Assembly: GCA_944390795.1 (NCBI GenBank)
Contig: CALXRI010000006.1
Coordinates: 558-64,557, forward strand
DNA from: an uncultured Victivallales bacterium
Lineage (GTDB): Bacteria; Verrucomicrobiota; Lentisphaeria; Victivallales; UBA1829
Direction of reading: 5' to 3'
DNA: 64,000 bases
Shown: one piece after another, positions 54,237 through 63,564 of the stretch
Position numbering within the stretch: position 1 is the stretch's first letter
Layout of the letters: the number at the start of each line of letters is the position of its first letter
The notes under the pieces: generated by a model
Databases searched by the model: none
What the model was told of the DNA's origin: nothing
The model's input: only the letters and a program-made list of their open reading frames with translations
Position numbers and translations under genes: made by a program

Positions 54237-55511
54237 TCAGTCTTCCCGCCGCAGTTCATCCATCGGAACCGTGCGCTGTTCCCTGCGGGAACGTTCCGCG
54301 GCAAAGACCATGAGATGGGTTTCCAGCGAGATGTCCGCGCCGCTGACAATCAGGTCGGGATTGTTTTCCCGGAGAGCGTCGATGAAGCATTCCAGGCAGT
54401 TCTTGTCGCCGCCGCCGTGGTATTTCGCCGGCGTTCCGTTGTCAGGTTCGATATTGATTTCCGTCGTGCGGTCGCGCAGATAGGAATAAAGAAGAATCTT
54501 CTTCCCGTCACAGAAGATCTCCCCGGCGGAACCGAAGATGGTCGTCTTGCGGTCTCCGTATTTGGAGCAGCCGGCCAGCGTGAAAACGGCGGTTGCTCCG
54601 CCTTCGAACTCCATGTTGACGACCTGATGATCCGCCACATCATTGTCACATGCGAAAACGCATCGCCCGTAGGGGCCGGTCCGCATCGCCCGGAGAATGT
54701 TCTCCTCCGTCAGCGGGCTTGTTATGGATTCGATATAGTTGTCAATGTGCCCGCTTTTCCAGCGTTCCAGATAGAAGCGCGGAGCGGAATAGGGGCAGCC
54801 TGGCTCGATGGGACAGTCAAGGCAGCGGTCAGCCGCCTCCTGCGGGCGGTTCTCCTGGCGGAAAAACATCAGGGAACCGAAGGAAGAGATCCTGCTGCAG
54901 CGGTGCCCGACAATGAAATTGATCCAGTCCAGATCATGAATCGACTTCGCCAGCAGAACCGAGGATGAGTTTTCCTCGCGGTTCCAGTTGCCGCGCACGT
55001 AGGAGTGCGCATAACGCCAGTGTCCGACAGGTTCCAGATGTTCAATGGAGATGATCCGTCCGATCGAACCGTTCCGGATGAGCTCCCGGAGAATGCTGGT
55101 ATAATTCGCATAGCGCATGACGTGGCAGGCGGACAGAAGCACCTTGTTCCGCTTGACCGCATCGACAATCATGCGGCAGGAATGCGCGTCAGGCGCGAGA
55201 GGTTTTTCGATCAGGATGTTGTATCCCATGTCCGCGAACGCAATTGCGGGCTCCACATGCATGCGGTCCTGTGTCGTAATGATGACGGCATCCGCAAATT
55301 TCGGACGTTTGAGCACATCATGCCAGTCGGTAAAGCTGTTTACCTCGGGGATGTGATGTTCCGCGACGATACGGTTGCGGAAGAAGTCGCGCGGTTCCGC
55401 CACGGCAACAACTTCCGCTTTCTCCGGCATGAGCTTGATCAGGTTCGCGTATATGGTGCCGCGACCGCCCGCGCCGAGGATGATGACCGATATTTTTCCA
55501 TGCATGTTCAT
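54237..55511 (-). CDS. Gfo/Idh/MocA family oxidoreductase
   Basis: N-terminal Rossmann ISVIILGAGGRGTIYA and EKP motif (LIEKPLA). The start at Met 55511/55505 is preferred over 55562. Confidence 0.8.
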   Translation of the reverse strand: MNMHGKISVIILGAGGRGTIYANLIKLMPEKAEVVAVAEPRDFFRNRIVAEHHIPEVNSFTDWHDVLKRPKFADAVIITTQDRMHVEPAIAFADMGYNILIEKPLAPDAHSCRMIVDAVKRNKVLLSACHVMRYANYTSILRELIRNGSIGRIISIEHLEPVGHWRYAHSYVRGNWNREENSSSVLLAKSIHDLDWINFIVGHRCSRISSFGSLMFFRQENRPQEAADRCLDCPIEPGCPYSAPRFYLERWKSGHIDNYIESITSPLTEENILRAMRTGPYGRCVFACDNDVADHQVVNMEFEGGATAVFTLAGCSKYGDRKTTIFGSAGEIFCDGKKILLYSYLRDRTTEINIEPDNGTPAKYHGGGDKNCLECFIDALRENNPDLIVSGADISLETHLMVFAAERSRREQRTVPMDELRRED

Positions 55512-55704
55512 GATTGCGCTAAAATTAGCACAATGAATCTGTTTTTCAATCTTCGGATTCAATAAAATCCCAAAAAAGTCATGGAAATGCCGGACTCTTC
55601 AAAAGCGGAAAAGCATGTCCGGCGCGGAACGGAAAAAGAATATTCTGGTGAACCCGCGCATCCGCGCCGCGGCAGCAATCACGGACAATTCTTCCGGAAC
55701 CGGA

Positions 55705-55732
55705 TTGAAATCAACGGGCATGAATGTATATT
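55705..55732 (+). promoter_or_regulatory. sigma70-like promoter candidate
   Basis: TTGAAA (55705-10), 16-nt spacer, TATATT (55727-32). Confidence 0.3.
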
Positions 55733-55780
55733 ATCCGCTCAAATCTCATGCAGAACCAAAGGATGTCAGGGAGTTGTCCT

Positions 55781-56086
55781 ATGCCGCTTTCCAGTATGTT
55801 CGAAGCCATGATGCTGATCTGTTTCGGGTTCAGCTGGCCCTTTGCCATCATCAAAACTGTCAAAGTCAAAAACCCGGCCGGGAAAAGCTATGTCTTTCTT
55901 TTTCTGATTATCATCGGCTACATTGCGGGCTGTCTGTACAAGATCACCGGGAAGTTCGATTTTGTATTCTGGCTCTATCTTCTGAACGGGCTCCTGGTTG
56001 CGACCGATACCGTGCTCTGCCTCCACTACCAGCACCGGAACAAAAAGGCGCCTGAACTCGCCAATCCGCCTGAAAAGCGATGCTGA
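55781..56086 (+). CDS. small 3-TM membrane protein, PQ-loop/SemiSWEET-like
   Basis: About 100 aa with three hydrophobic helices. FSWPFAIIKTVKVKNPAGKS after TM1 resembles a PQ-loop motif. RBS AGGGAG before ATG 55781. Confidence 0.4.
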   Translation: MPLSSMFEAMMLICFGFSWPFAIIKTVKVKNPAGKSYVFLFLIIIGYIAGCLYKITGKFDFVFWLYLLNGLLVATDTVLCLHYQHRNKKAPELANPPEKRC

Positions 56087-56234
56087 CGCGCAGAGATTCG
56101 GGACAGGGACGACGCGCCATGCGTTCTCACTCGATGCTTCCGCGTCATTCTTGTCCCCGAAGTATCCCCGGCGTTCCAATCGTTTCACAATCATTCCGGA
56201 ATCAGTTTTTTTATAATAAAATTCGATTTTTCAT

Positions 56235-56262
56235 TTGACATCCTCCGTTCCGATGATAGTTT
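56235..56262 (+). promoter_or_regulatory. sigma70-like promoter candidate (extended -10)
   Basis: TTGACA (56235-40), 16-nt spacer ending in TGA, TAGTTT (56257-62). Confidence 0.4.
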
Positions 56263-56284
56263 GCCTCTTCAGGCAAGAAATACA

Positions 56285-56854
56285 ATGAACAAAGCGGGAG
56301 ACAAATCCATGCGCGAACAGAGTCTTCTTGTTTCATGTCCACACTGCAAAACGAAATACCACATTCCTCCGGAACTTCTGGGGCAGAAAACCGAATGTCC
56401 CCGGTGCGCAAAGCAATTCACAATGGAGCTTGCAGAAAAGGAGCAGCCTGAACGGCCGGGAAAGGCAAGTCTGCCGCCGCGCATGACAGTGCCGGAACCT
56501 CCCCCGTCCCGTCCCTCCCTTGTCATTGTGTCCTGTCACTCCTGCGGAGTCAAATATGAAATTCCGGCGGAATTCCTCGGCGATTCCGCGGAATGCAGTG
56601 AATGCGGTGATATCTTCACACTTACGGAAGATCCGGAAAACCTGTCGGACAATACGGAAGTCATTGCCGCAAAGGCGGAACTGGATGAAAATGAGAATCT
56701 GGTGAAGTTCTACCGGAAAAAAGTCGGAATGCTCCCGAAAGTCAAAGATCACTTTTCCGTGGCCGTCGTCGCCACACATTCCAGCATGAATATTCCCAAG
56801 GAGATCATCCCGCCTCCGCCGCCGAAAAGGAAATGGTGGCAATTCTGGAAATGA
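56285..56854 (+). CDS. double zinc-ribbon (MJ0042-type) protein with Pro-rich linker
   Basis: Two CxxC...CxxC modules (CPHCKTKYHIPPELLGQKTECPRCAKQF and CHSCGVKYEIPAEFLGDSAECSECGDIF). Confidence 0.6.
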   Translation: MNKAGDKSMREQSLLVSCPHCKTKYHIPPELLGQKTECPRCAKQFTMELAEKEQPERPGKASLPPRMTVPEPPPSRPSLVIVSCHSCGVKYEIPAEFLGDSAECSECGDIFTLTEDPENLSDNTEVIAAKAELDENENLVKFYRKKVGMLPKVKDHFSVAVVATHSSMNIPKEIIPPPPPKRKWWQFWK

Positions 56855-56976
56855 CTGCCGCTCGGCAGAGACCTTTCCCCGCCGGGTTCTCCCGAAAAAA
56901 CAAACAGCGGGAGACCGCGCGGGATTGAAACAGCTCCCCCGAAGCGAAACCGCCTCCCCCCGAGGCATGTGGCGGA

Positions 56977-58026
56977 TTATTCCGCGCTTCCTTCTTTTCC
57001 GGCAGCAAGCAGCGCTTCCAGTTTTTCAAGACGCGCGGCAAGTTTCCGCACCTTGCGCGGGAGCATATGCCGTTCGATGAAATCCTCTTCGCTTTCGGCG
57101 GGGGTTCCGAACACCATGGCGCCCGGCGGAACACTGCGCTGCACGGCGGACGCGCCGGCGACCTTGGAACCGTCCCCCAGGGTGATGTGCCCGTTGACGC
57201 CGGACTGTGCGGCCACGATGACGCCGCGCCCGATTTCCGCACTGCCGGCGATGCCGCACTGCCCGATCAGCGCGGAGCACTCTCCGACAATCACATTGTG
57301 CGCGACATGCACGAGATTGTCGATCTTGACCCCTTTCTTGATCCATGTTTTTCCAAAACGGGCGCGGTCGATTGTGCTGTTTGCTCCAATCTCCACGTCA
57401 TTGTCGATCTGCACGATTCCGTTCTGCGGCACTTTCACAAGTCCCGTGAACGTGGTATTGTAGCCGAATCCGTCGGCCCCGATGGTCGCTCCCGCATGAA
57501 TGATGACGCGGCTGCCGATTCTGCAGTAACGCATGATGGAGACATTCGGATAAATCAGGCAGTTCTCCCCGATCGTGACAAAGTGCCCGACATAGGCGCA
57601 GGCCCCGATCACGGAACCTTTCCCGATTACGGCGCCTTCCTCGACGACAGCGGTCGGTCCGATCGAAACGCCCTCGCCGATTTTCGCGCCCGGATGCACC
57701 ACGGCGGAGGGATGGATGCCGGGAGCATATTGTATCGGCGCGGGAGCGAAGACATTGCAGATTTTCGTGAAGGCCTTGTCGGGATTCTGGCAGAGAATCA
57801 GGGTCTGCCCCTCCTTCGGCTCGAATTTCCAGTCGGAAACAACCAGGACAACACCGGCTTTTCCGGCGTCCATCTGGCTCCGGTATTTGATGTTGCTCAG
57901 GAAGGAGGCTTCCGTCGGTCCCGCCAGCTTGAGCGAGTTCACGCCGGTGATTTCCAGATCGGCATTGCCCTTTACGACACCGTTGACCATTTCCGCAAGT
58001 TCGGAAACTTTGTATGTTTTCTCCAT
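56977..58026 (-). CDS. lpxD: UDP-3-O-acylglucosamine N-acyltransferase
   Basis: MEKTYKVSELAEMV N-terminus and long hexapeptide-repeat LbH region. Immediately downstream of skp. Confidence 0.9.
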   Translation of the reverse strand: MEKTYKVSELAEMVNGVVKGNADLEITGVNSLKLAGPTEASFLSNIKYRSQMDAGKAGVVLVVSDWKFEPKEGQTLILCQNPDKAFTKICNVFAPAPIQYAPGIHPSAVVHPGAKIGEGVSIGPTAVVEEGAVIGKGSVIGACAYVGHFVTIGENCLIYPNVSIMRYCRIGSRVIIHAGATIGADGFGYNTTFTGLVKVPQNGIVQIDNDVEIGANSTIDRARFGKTWIKKGVKIDNLVHVAHNVIVGECSALIGQCGIAGSAEIGRGVIVAAQSGVNGHITLGDGSKVAGASAVQRSVPPGAMVFGTPAESEEDFIERHMLPRKVRKLAARLEKLEALLAAGKEGSAE

Positions 58027-58045
58027 GATAAGACTTCCCCGCATG

Positions 58046-58630
58046 TTATTTTCTGTTTTTGTCTTTCCGGCTGAATCCCGTATTGAGAGTCCTGATGACC
58101 GGCGTCGTGATGTCCAGGGCGGCATTGTGATAGACGACGGTGGGAATGTTGTTCAGGGTTTTTCCGGACTTGTCGATGACGATCATATAGCCTTCCGTCA
58201 CACATTTCGCCGCCACGACCTTCTCGATGTCCTTGAGGATCCCGTCGCGCATTTTTTCATATTCCGCGCGGAGTTCGGCCTGCTTCTCGCGATTGTAGTC
58301 GCGCAGCTCCTTTTCCTTCGCCGTGACCTGGGCATACTTGTCGGCTGCGTTCAGGCGGCGGTTCTCCCGTTCGGCAGCGGTATAGGCCATGTTCTGGGAG
58401 GCGTCGCGCAAATCCTTGAACTCGGACTGGAGTTTCTTGAGCTGATCGCTGAGGCGAGTGGAATAATCCTTGAAAATTTCGGCCTGTTTCTTCAGTCTCG
58501 CCTCGTTGACTTTGGTTTTGGTGTATTCCTGAAACACGCGTCCCATGTCAATGACGGCAACCTTCATCTCCGCGGCGGAGAGCGACAATGCGCAGAATGC
58601 GCACAGCAATGTCAAAAAACGTTTTTTCAT
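58046..58630 (-). CDS. skp: OmpH/Skp family periplasmic chaperone
   Basis: Signal peptide MKKRFLTLLCAFCALSLSA followed by KVAVIDM and a long charged coiled-coil region. Synteny with lpxD. Confidence 0.75.
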   Translation of the reverse strand: MKKRFLTLLCAFCALSLSAAEMKVAVIDMGRVFQEYTKTKVNEARLKKQAEIFKDYSTRLSDQLKKLQSEFKDLRDASQNMAYTAAERENRRLNAADKYAQVTAKEKELRDYNREKQAELRAEYEKMRDGILKDIEKVVAAKCVTEGYMIVIDKSGKTLNNIPTVVYHNAALDITTPVIRTLNTGFSRKDKNRK

Positions 58631-58856
58631 TCTTCCTGCCTTTCTTGTCCCTGATCCGTATAGTTTATACGCGGAACGGCAAAAAGTCAATAGGAAAGTT
58701 CTCCGATTTTTCCGCATTGCGCCGGAGGGAGCCCGCCCGCTCCATCCGCTTCCGCGCGCATCATTCCGTCCGAAAGAGACGGCTTCATGAAAGAGAGACG
58801 TTTCCCGTTCCACATGAAGACATAGTGAATATTTTGAAAAAAAAATATTGCAAATC

Positions 58857-58884
58857 TTGAAACTCCCCGGAAGAGTGTTATATT
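58857..58884 (+). promoter_or_regulatory. sigma70-like promoter of rpmB (extended -10)
   Basis: TTGAAA (58857-62), 16-nt spacer ending TGT, TATATT (58879-84). Confidence 0.4.
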
Positions 58885-58965
58885 TATATTTCCTGATTCA
58901 CGTATCCGGCATGAACAGCTTGTGGAACAGGCGAATTCAATACGCAACGCATATGAGGTGTCATA

Positions 58966-59196
58966 ATGAGCAATGTTTGCGAAATCTGTGGAAAAAAGAA
59001 GTTCTACGGCGGCAGAATCATCCGTAGGGGTCTTGCAAAGAAAAAAGGCGGTATCGGCATGCACGTGGTGAAAGTCTCCCCGCGCATCTTCGAACCCAAC
59101 ATCCAGACCGTCAGAGTCAATGACAACGGCACGAACAAGAGAATGAAGGTCTGCACGGCCTGCATCCGCAGCGGCAAAGTGAAAAAAGCCTGCTGA
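58966..59196 (+). CDS. rpmB: 50S ribosomal protein L28
   Basis: MSNVCEICGKK...N.Q.V pattern. 76 aa and basic. Confidence 0.9.
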   Translation: MSNVCEICGKKKFYGGRIIRRGLAKKKGGIGMHVVKVSPRIFEPNIQTVRVNDNGTNKRMKVCTACIRSGKVKKAC

Positions 59197-59262
59197 CACG
59201 CTCCTGCGCGGTTCTCCCCGTCTGCGTCAGCCGCTGCCAGACAGGGAGATTCCGATTGTATG

Positions 59263-59297
59263 AAAAAGCCCGGAACGGTAAAGTTTCCGGGCTTTTT
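59263..59297 (+). terminator. bidirectional rho-independent terminator after rpmB
   Basis: AAAAAGCCCGGAA ... TTCCGGGCTTTTT forms a 9-bp GC-rich stem flanked by an A-run and a T-run. Confidence 0.8.
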
Positions 59298-59311
59298 ATT
59301 CAAAAAAATTT

Positions 59312-59416
59312 AGGTTAATGCCGCGATGCTCTGCATCGCCAAAAATTGCTTCGTGCAGGACTCTCAGTCCTGCCGCGGTCCAGCTGCGCAAGCTGGTCGC
59401 CGGAGGCGAAATCCCT
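59312..59416. repeat. copy B of the ~105-nt structured intergenic repeat
   Basis: Aligns with the reverse complement of 19131..19238. Contains hairpins GCGATGC/GCATCGC, GCAGGAC/GTCCTGC, CCAGCT/AGCTGG and GCC/GGC. Confidence 0.75.
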
Positions 59417-59529
59417 AATACCGCGCATGCTTGCATCGCGGTAATTTATTTTTCAACTGTCCTCAGCTCTCCGCAGGAATCTCCGCCGCTCTCCGGGTCA
59501 GGAGCAGAATCCGGGCATGCCGCGTGTGT

Positions 59530-62481
59530 TTATTTCTCCGCCGGATGAAAGCGAAGTTTTCCGGAAGCGGGGATCCGGTAACGCACCAGAATGCCCTCTT
59601 TCCGCATGACAGGCAGGATCCTGCCGTTCAGTGCGACTTCAAACGGGAAGTCAGCGCGGAATTCCATCCATGCGTCATCCTCGGTGACGTTCACTTCCAG
59701 TTCGGGATACGCCGCCTCTCCGGGGACAAGGCCTTTCCAGAGAGTGGCGTGAACCTGATGAAAGCATTCCGCCTGTCCGGCAAGATAAACCGCGCACCAG
59801 TTCGCGGGAACGCGACGGAAACTGAACTCATGCGCACCGAGAAATTCCCGCGAGAGACGCCGATTGGAAACCGCCTCGTCGATTTTTTTCCGGATCTCCC
59901 CGGGAGAATATTTCCCGCTGAAGAGACTCAGTAGCAGATAGGAATAGACCTCCTGCTCGCCGAGCTGCGCCCGGTTGGTGTGATAGACGGACTCCGCGCC
60001 GTCCGGAAGCGGACCGGTGACGCTCCGTCCGTCCGGCTGGCTTTTCTCGACCGCATCCAGAGTTTCAAGCAGGGCATGCTTCATGTAGTCGGCGTACATC
60101 TGAAACGTCTCCGGATAATGTCCTTCCGTCGTCATGTTGTAAAGCCCCTCCTCCCGGTAGGCGCCGTGAAGAATCCGGCGGGGACAGGCGAGATTGTGAT
60201 GGAAAAACGCCAGTTCCTCCGGAAAAACCTTCGCCGCATACCATGGAGATGCGTCATAATACCGGCAGAAGTAATTCTGCGCCGCGGCAAAGAGTCCCAT
60301 GCGTTCGGCAGCCATCTTCGCATAAGCATAGACCGCTGTCTCCCGGGCATCTTTGTCGCCAATGATCTCCGCCATATTGACAAATCCGAGATAGGCCCCG
60401 TAATTGGTGCCGTCGCTCCACGCATGTCCGTTTTCACAGTATCCGCTGCACATGCACGCCCAGTCCATGAGCCCGAGAAAATAATGAAAGGCGCGTTTCA
60501 TCACATCCCAGCGGGCCTGGACAATATCCCAGCGGTTTGTCAGAAGCGCCGCCAGATAAATGGAATAAAGGGCGATGCCGTTGCCCCAGTCGACTTCGAT
60601 GAAAGGAATGCTGTTGCCGCAGATCGTCTCCTTTTCCCCGTCCGGGAGCTCGCGGATTCTGGAAACGTGCAGATAGTTGATGAGATAAGAAACGCCGGTA
60701 AACGGCTCGGTTCGCTCATACCACATGAAACACTTCTTTCCTCCGCGCCCGACATAGGAGGCATCGGGATCGCAGGCCCGCTCCAGATTGCGCACCAGAC
60801 GATCCGTCAGCTCCCTGCGTTCCGCCATTGTGAGTTCGCTGAACGTCAGAAGCGGCACCACAAACGGGAACAGGAACTGATGAACCCCCGGATTCGGAAT
60901 TTCCTCAAGCTGATCGTGATAGGAAAGATATTCCCTGAAATCATCGCTCAGCGCCGCACCGCAACTGCATCTGCCCAGAACAAAGGATCGCCTGGAATCC
61001 GGAACCGGCACGGAATAACGGCTCCATTCCGAATGGAAGACGCCCCAGAAAGGACCGTATTTCGTCGGCAGTTCAAAATCCCGGGCATCCGGATCGGGGC
61101 GGACGGCCTCCGTTTCCAGCACGGCAAGCATCACAGGCGGCGGAAGCGGGGCGAAACGGACCGCCTCCGTGCCGAACACGTCTTCAAAAAGGCGGAAACG
61201 GAAATGCTGCAGAATCTCCACCCGCCCGTTTTCAACCCGGAAATATTCCTCGCAGACGGCCGGACGCGCCAGGGCTGTCCGGGAACGTCTGCGGCAGACA
61301 GATACGAGATGAGCCATCCGCTCATCATTCAAAACGGACGGTTCAGGCATGGAAATCCCCTCCGGGAATCCGAGCATCGCCCATTCCAGCCGCTCCGGGA
61401 AACAGAAATCGATCCGTTCCGCCGCCCCGGCAGGATTCCGCTTCACGGAAATCCTTTCCGGCGGAACACGGAACAGAAGAAGAATCGGAATCTCGGGAAA
61501 AGCGCCGTTGCCGTAAAGCAGAATCCAGTTTTCCGCAAGAGGACCGTCTGTTTTCACGTCGTAAAACACGCCGGTGCAGTCGGAACGCTCCAGAATGCCC
61601 GTCTTCAGCGGAAGCAGAATGCGTCTGCATGCGGCGGACCCGGCAAGGCGGCTCAAGGTGAATGACGCTGAAGATGTTTCGATCAGAAGCTCCGGAGCCA
61701 GCAGGGAATATTCCAGGGTAAACGGCTTCCCGTCCGCGTCGGGACGGGACCAGCGGACGGATGCCCAGTCGACAATCACCGACTCGTTTTCTCCCGGCAC
61801 ATAATTTTCAAGAAGCGATCCGACCGGGAACATCCCGTCCGGAAGAACGGAAAAGCTCCACAGCAGATTCTTTTTCCACTTCGGATTTCCGAAAACATGC
61901 GGTTTGGCGACAATTCCGAAATAGGGCATGCTGTAGTCCAGGACTCCGTTTCCCTTCGTGAAGCCGAAACGGCCGGCGCTTTTGAAAGCCTTTCCCGCAC
62001 CCGGTTTCCATGCGGAAAGATCGGGCATCTCGCGAAGCGGACGCTTTTCCGGCAGGAATCCATCCAGGTAAGGATGAAGTGTCTCCTGCGGCACAACTTC
62101 GCCGTTCCAGTCGATCAGCCGGACATGAAAATGAGCGGAAAGCGTCTGATCCGTCGGATTTTTCAGACGGAATTCCAGAGCGTTTCCGCCGGCACGGAAC
62201 GTCCGCACCGTCTGCGGCAGAAATCCCTTCAGATGAATGCCGTCCCGCCAGCGGGAAGAGGAGAAGCATTCCACAGGAATATCATTGATCCGCAGCAGAA
62301 GATTCCGGTCCGTTTCGAACTGGAGCGTGTATTCGCCGTCCGCAGGCACCACGCATGAGCCGCGAAAACAAATTTCCCCTCCGGGAGGAAGCATATCCTT
62401 CTCTCCCGCCTCCAGAAAAAAACCGCTTTCCATGTCACAGAAATTGTGAATATGACCGCCCAGACTTTTGCACCACTTCAT
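59530..62481 (-). CDS. large hypothetical protein (983 aa): N-terminal beta-sandwich plus possible alpha-helical glycoside-hydrolase-like region
   Basis: Uninterrupted ORF. ATG 62481 is preceded by GGAGGGA, and the longer ORF to 62757 would overlap the divergent AraC gene. Function not recognisable. Confidence 0.6.
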   Translation of the reverse strand: MKWCKSLGGHIHNFCDMESGFFLEAGEKDMLPPGGEICFRGSCVVPADGEYTLQFETDRNLLLRINDIPVECFSSSRWRDGIHLKGFLPQTVRTFRAGGNALEFRLKNPTDQTLSAHFHVRLIDWNGEVVPQETLHPYLDGFLPEKRPLREMPDLSAWKPGAGKAFKSAGRFGFTKGNGVLDYSMPYFGIVAKPHVFGNPKWKKNLLWSFSVLPDGMFPVGSLLENYVPGENESVIVDWASVRWSRPDADGKPFTLEYSLLAPELLIETSSASFTLSRLAGSAACRRILLPLKTGILERSDCTGVFYDVKTDGPLAENWILLYGNGAFPEIPILLLFRVPPERISVKRNPAGAAERIDFCFPERLEWAMLGFPEGISMPEPSVLNDERMAHLVSVCRRRSRTALARPAVCEEYFRVENGRVEILQHFRFRLFEDVFGTEAVRFAPLPPPVMLAVLETEAVRPDPDARDFELPTKYGPFWGVFHSEWSRYSVPVPDSRRSFVLGRCSCGAALSDDFREYLSYHDQLEEIPNPGVHQFLFPFVVPLLTFSELTMAERRELTDRLVRNLERACDPDASYVGRGGKKCFMWYERTEPFTGVSYLINYLHVSRIRELPDGEKETICGNSIPFIEVDWGNGIALYSIYLAALLTNRWDIVQARWDVMKRAFHYFLGLMDWACMCSGYCENGHAWSDGTNYGAYLGFVNMAEIIGDKDARETAVYAYAKMAAERMGLFAAAQNYFCRYYDASPWYAAKVFPEELAFFHHNLACPRRILHGAYREEGLYNMTTEGHYPETFQMYADYMKHALLETLDAVEKSQPDGRSVTGPLPDGAESVYHTNRAQLGEQEVYSYLLLSLFSGKYSPGEIRKKIDEAVSNRRLSREFLGAHEFSFRRVPANWCAVYLAGQAECFHQVHATLWKGLVPGEAAYPELEVNVTEDDAWMEFRADFPFEVALNGRILPVMRKEGILVRYRIPASGKLRFHPAEK

Positions 62482-62638
62482 AAGAAATCCCTCCATCCTG
62501 TCGCTGAATTCATTATACTGCCCCGGCACGGCAAAGCAAGGAAAACTCCTGCCATAAAATGGAATATCCGTGCCAGATGCTCTTTGCAAAGGCGCAGAAG
62601 GCAAGTTATATTTCCCCCAAAACGGGGAATCAGGGATC

Positions 62639-63463
62639 ATGAAAAACATCACGGCCTGCCTGCAGGGACTGAAACGGAACTTTTCCGGATTTCCGCCGGT
62701 CCGGCACATTGCATATCTGAACGCAAACTGGCACAACCGCTTCACGACGCACACCACGATTGATTTCGGGCTGGAACTCTGCTCGCGTGCGGAATTCGCC
62801 GAGGAGGAAATCGACGGCCGGACGCTCCGGAGAAGATTCCCCTGGGTCGCGACACGGATCCGCGGACATGTCTACCGGATGAAAACAACGGATCCCTGGG
62901 ATGTTCTGGTCATCTCCTATGATCTTTCCCAGCATGAAACGCTCAAACGTCTCGGACTTGACGCGGAAAATCCCGGCTGGGAATTTCTTGCGACAGAGGA
63001 AATCTCGCAGAAAACCGCCGCCCTCGCCCGTCTCCTGGAACAAACCTGTCTGCCGGGGATCACGGACCGGATTGACCTGCTCGCACTGGATCTGCTGCGC
63101 CTGACCCTTCTGGAAAACCGGGAAAATGCACAATCCCCGGAAGAAACGGCGGTCCGGCAGATCGCCTCCTGCTTCTCCGCCCGCGTTTACGAGAAACTCG
63201 ATCTTGCGGATATCATCCGGCGGCACAATCTTTCCACACGCAGTTTTTTCCGGCACTGGAAGCGCCTTTACGATCTTTCCCCGGCGGACTTCATCATGCA
63301 GAAAAAAATGGAAGAAGCGTGCCGCATGCTGCGGGAAAGCTCTCTGCGGATTTATGAAATATCGGATCGGCTCCGCTTTGCCGACTGCAGCCATTTCTGC
63401 CGCGCATTCCGGCAATGGAACCGCCTTTCGCCGCAGGAATACCGGCGGAGCCGGAGGGGATGA
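62639..63463 (+). CDS. AraC family transcriptional regulator
   Basis: C-terminal double HTH (LADIIRRHNLSTRSFFRHWKRLY...EISDRLRFADCSHFCRAFRQWNRLSPQEYRR). Confidence 0.85.
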   Translation: MKNITACLQGLKRNFSGFPPVRHIAYLNANWHNRFTTHTTIDFGLELCSRAEFAEEEIDGRTLRRRFPWVATRIRGHVYRMKTTDPWDVLVISYDLSQHETLKRLGLDAENPGWEFLATEEISQKTAALARLLEQTCLPGITDRIDLLALDLLRLTLLENRENAQSPEETAVRQIASCFSARVYEKLDLADIIRRHNLSTRSFFRHWKRLYDLSPADFIMQKKMEEACRMLRESSLRIYEISDRLRFADCSHFCRAFRQWNRLSPQEYRRSRRG

Positions 63464-63564
63464 AGCACGTCAGGAAAACACTCCGCCCGGCGGAAGATTG
63501 AGAAACAGGCGCACGGAATCCTTTCATGCCGATTCATTTCCGTGCGCCCTGAAACGGAAAACGA

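Noticed and set aside
55615-56055. 146-aa ORF overlapping the PQ-loop-like gene in another frame, and the N-terminal extension 55724..55780 of the latter.
   Set aside because: Its translation is non-hydrophobic and Arg/Ser-rich with no RBS. The alternative frame gives a coherent 3-TM protein with an RBS at ATG 55781.
59296-59436. 46-aa ORF (MQACAVLGISPPATSLRSWTAAGLRVLHEAIFGDAEHRGINLNFFE) on the minus strand inside repeat copy B, sharing a 17-aa stretch with the frame through copy A. Also the opposite-strand peptides starting MPRCSASPKIASCRT in both copies.
   Set aside because: A 1-nt indel shifts the frame between copies upstream of the shared stretch. In copy A the frame has no equivalent start and no nearby stop, running 242 aa antisense into the neighbouring gene. 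There is no SD before the ATG. The shared peptides simply reflect DNA identity. The idea is kept only as a caveat in the findings.
62482-62757. N-terminal extension of the large ORF (to 62757) and of the AraC ORF (from 62570), which would make the two divergent genes overlap by ~190 nt.
   Set aside because: Internal starts (62481 with GGAGGGA; 62639) give normal N-termini and leave a 157-nt divergent promoter region. The extensions have atypical composition.
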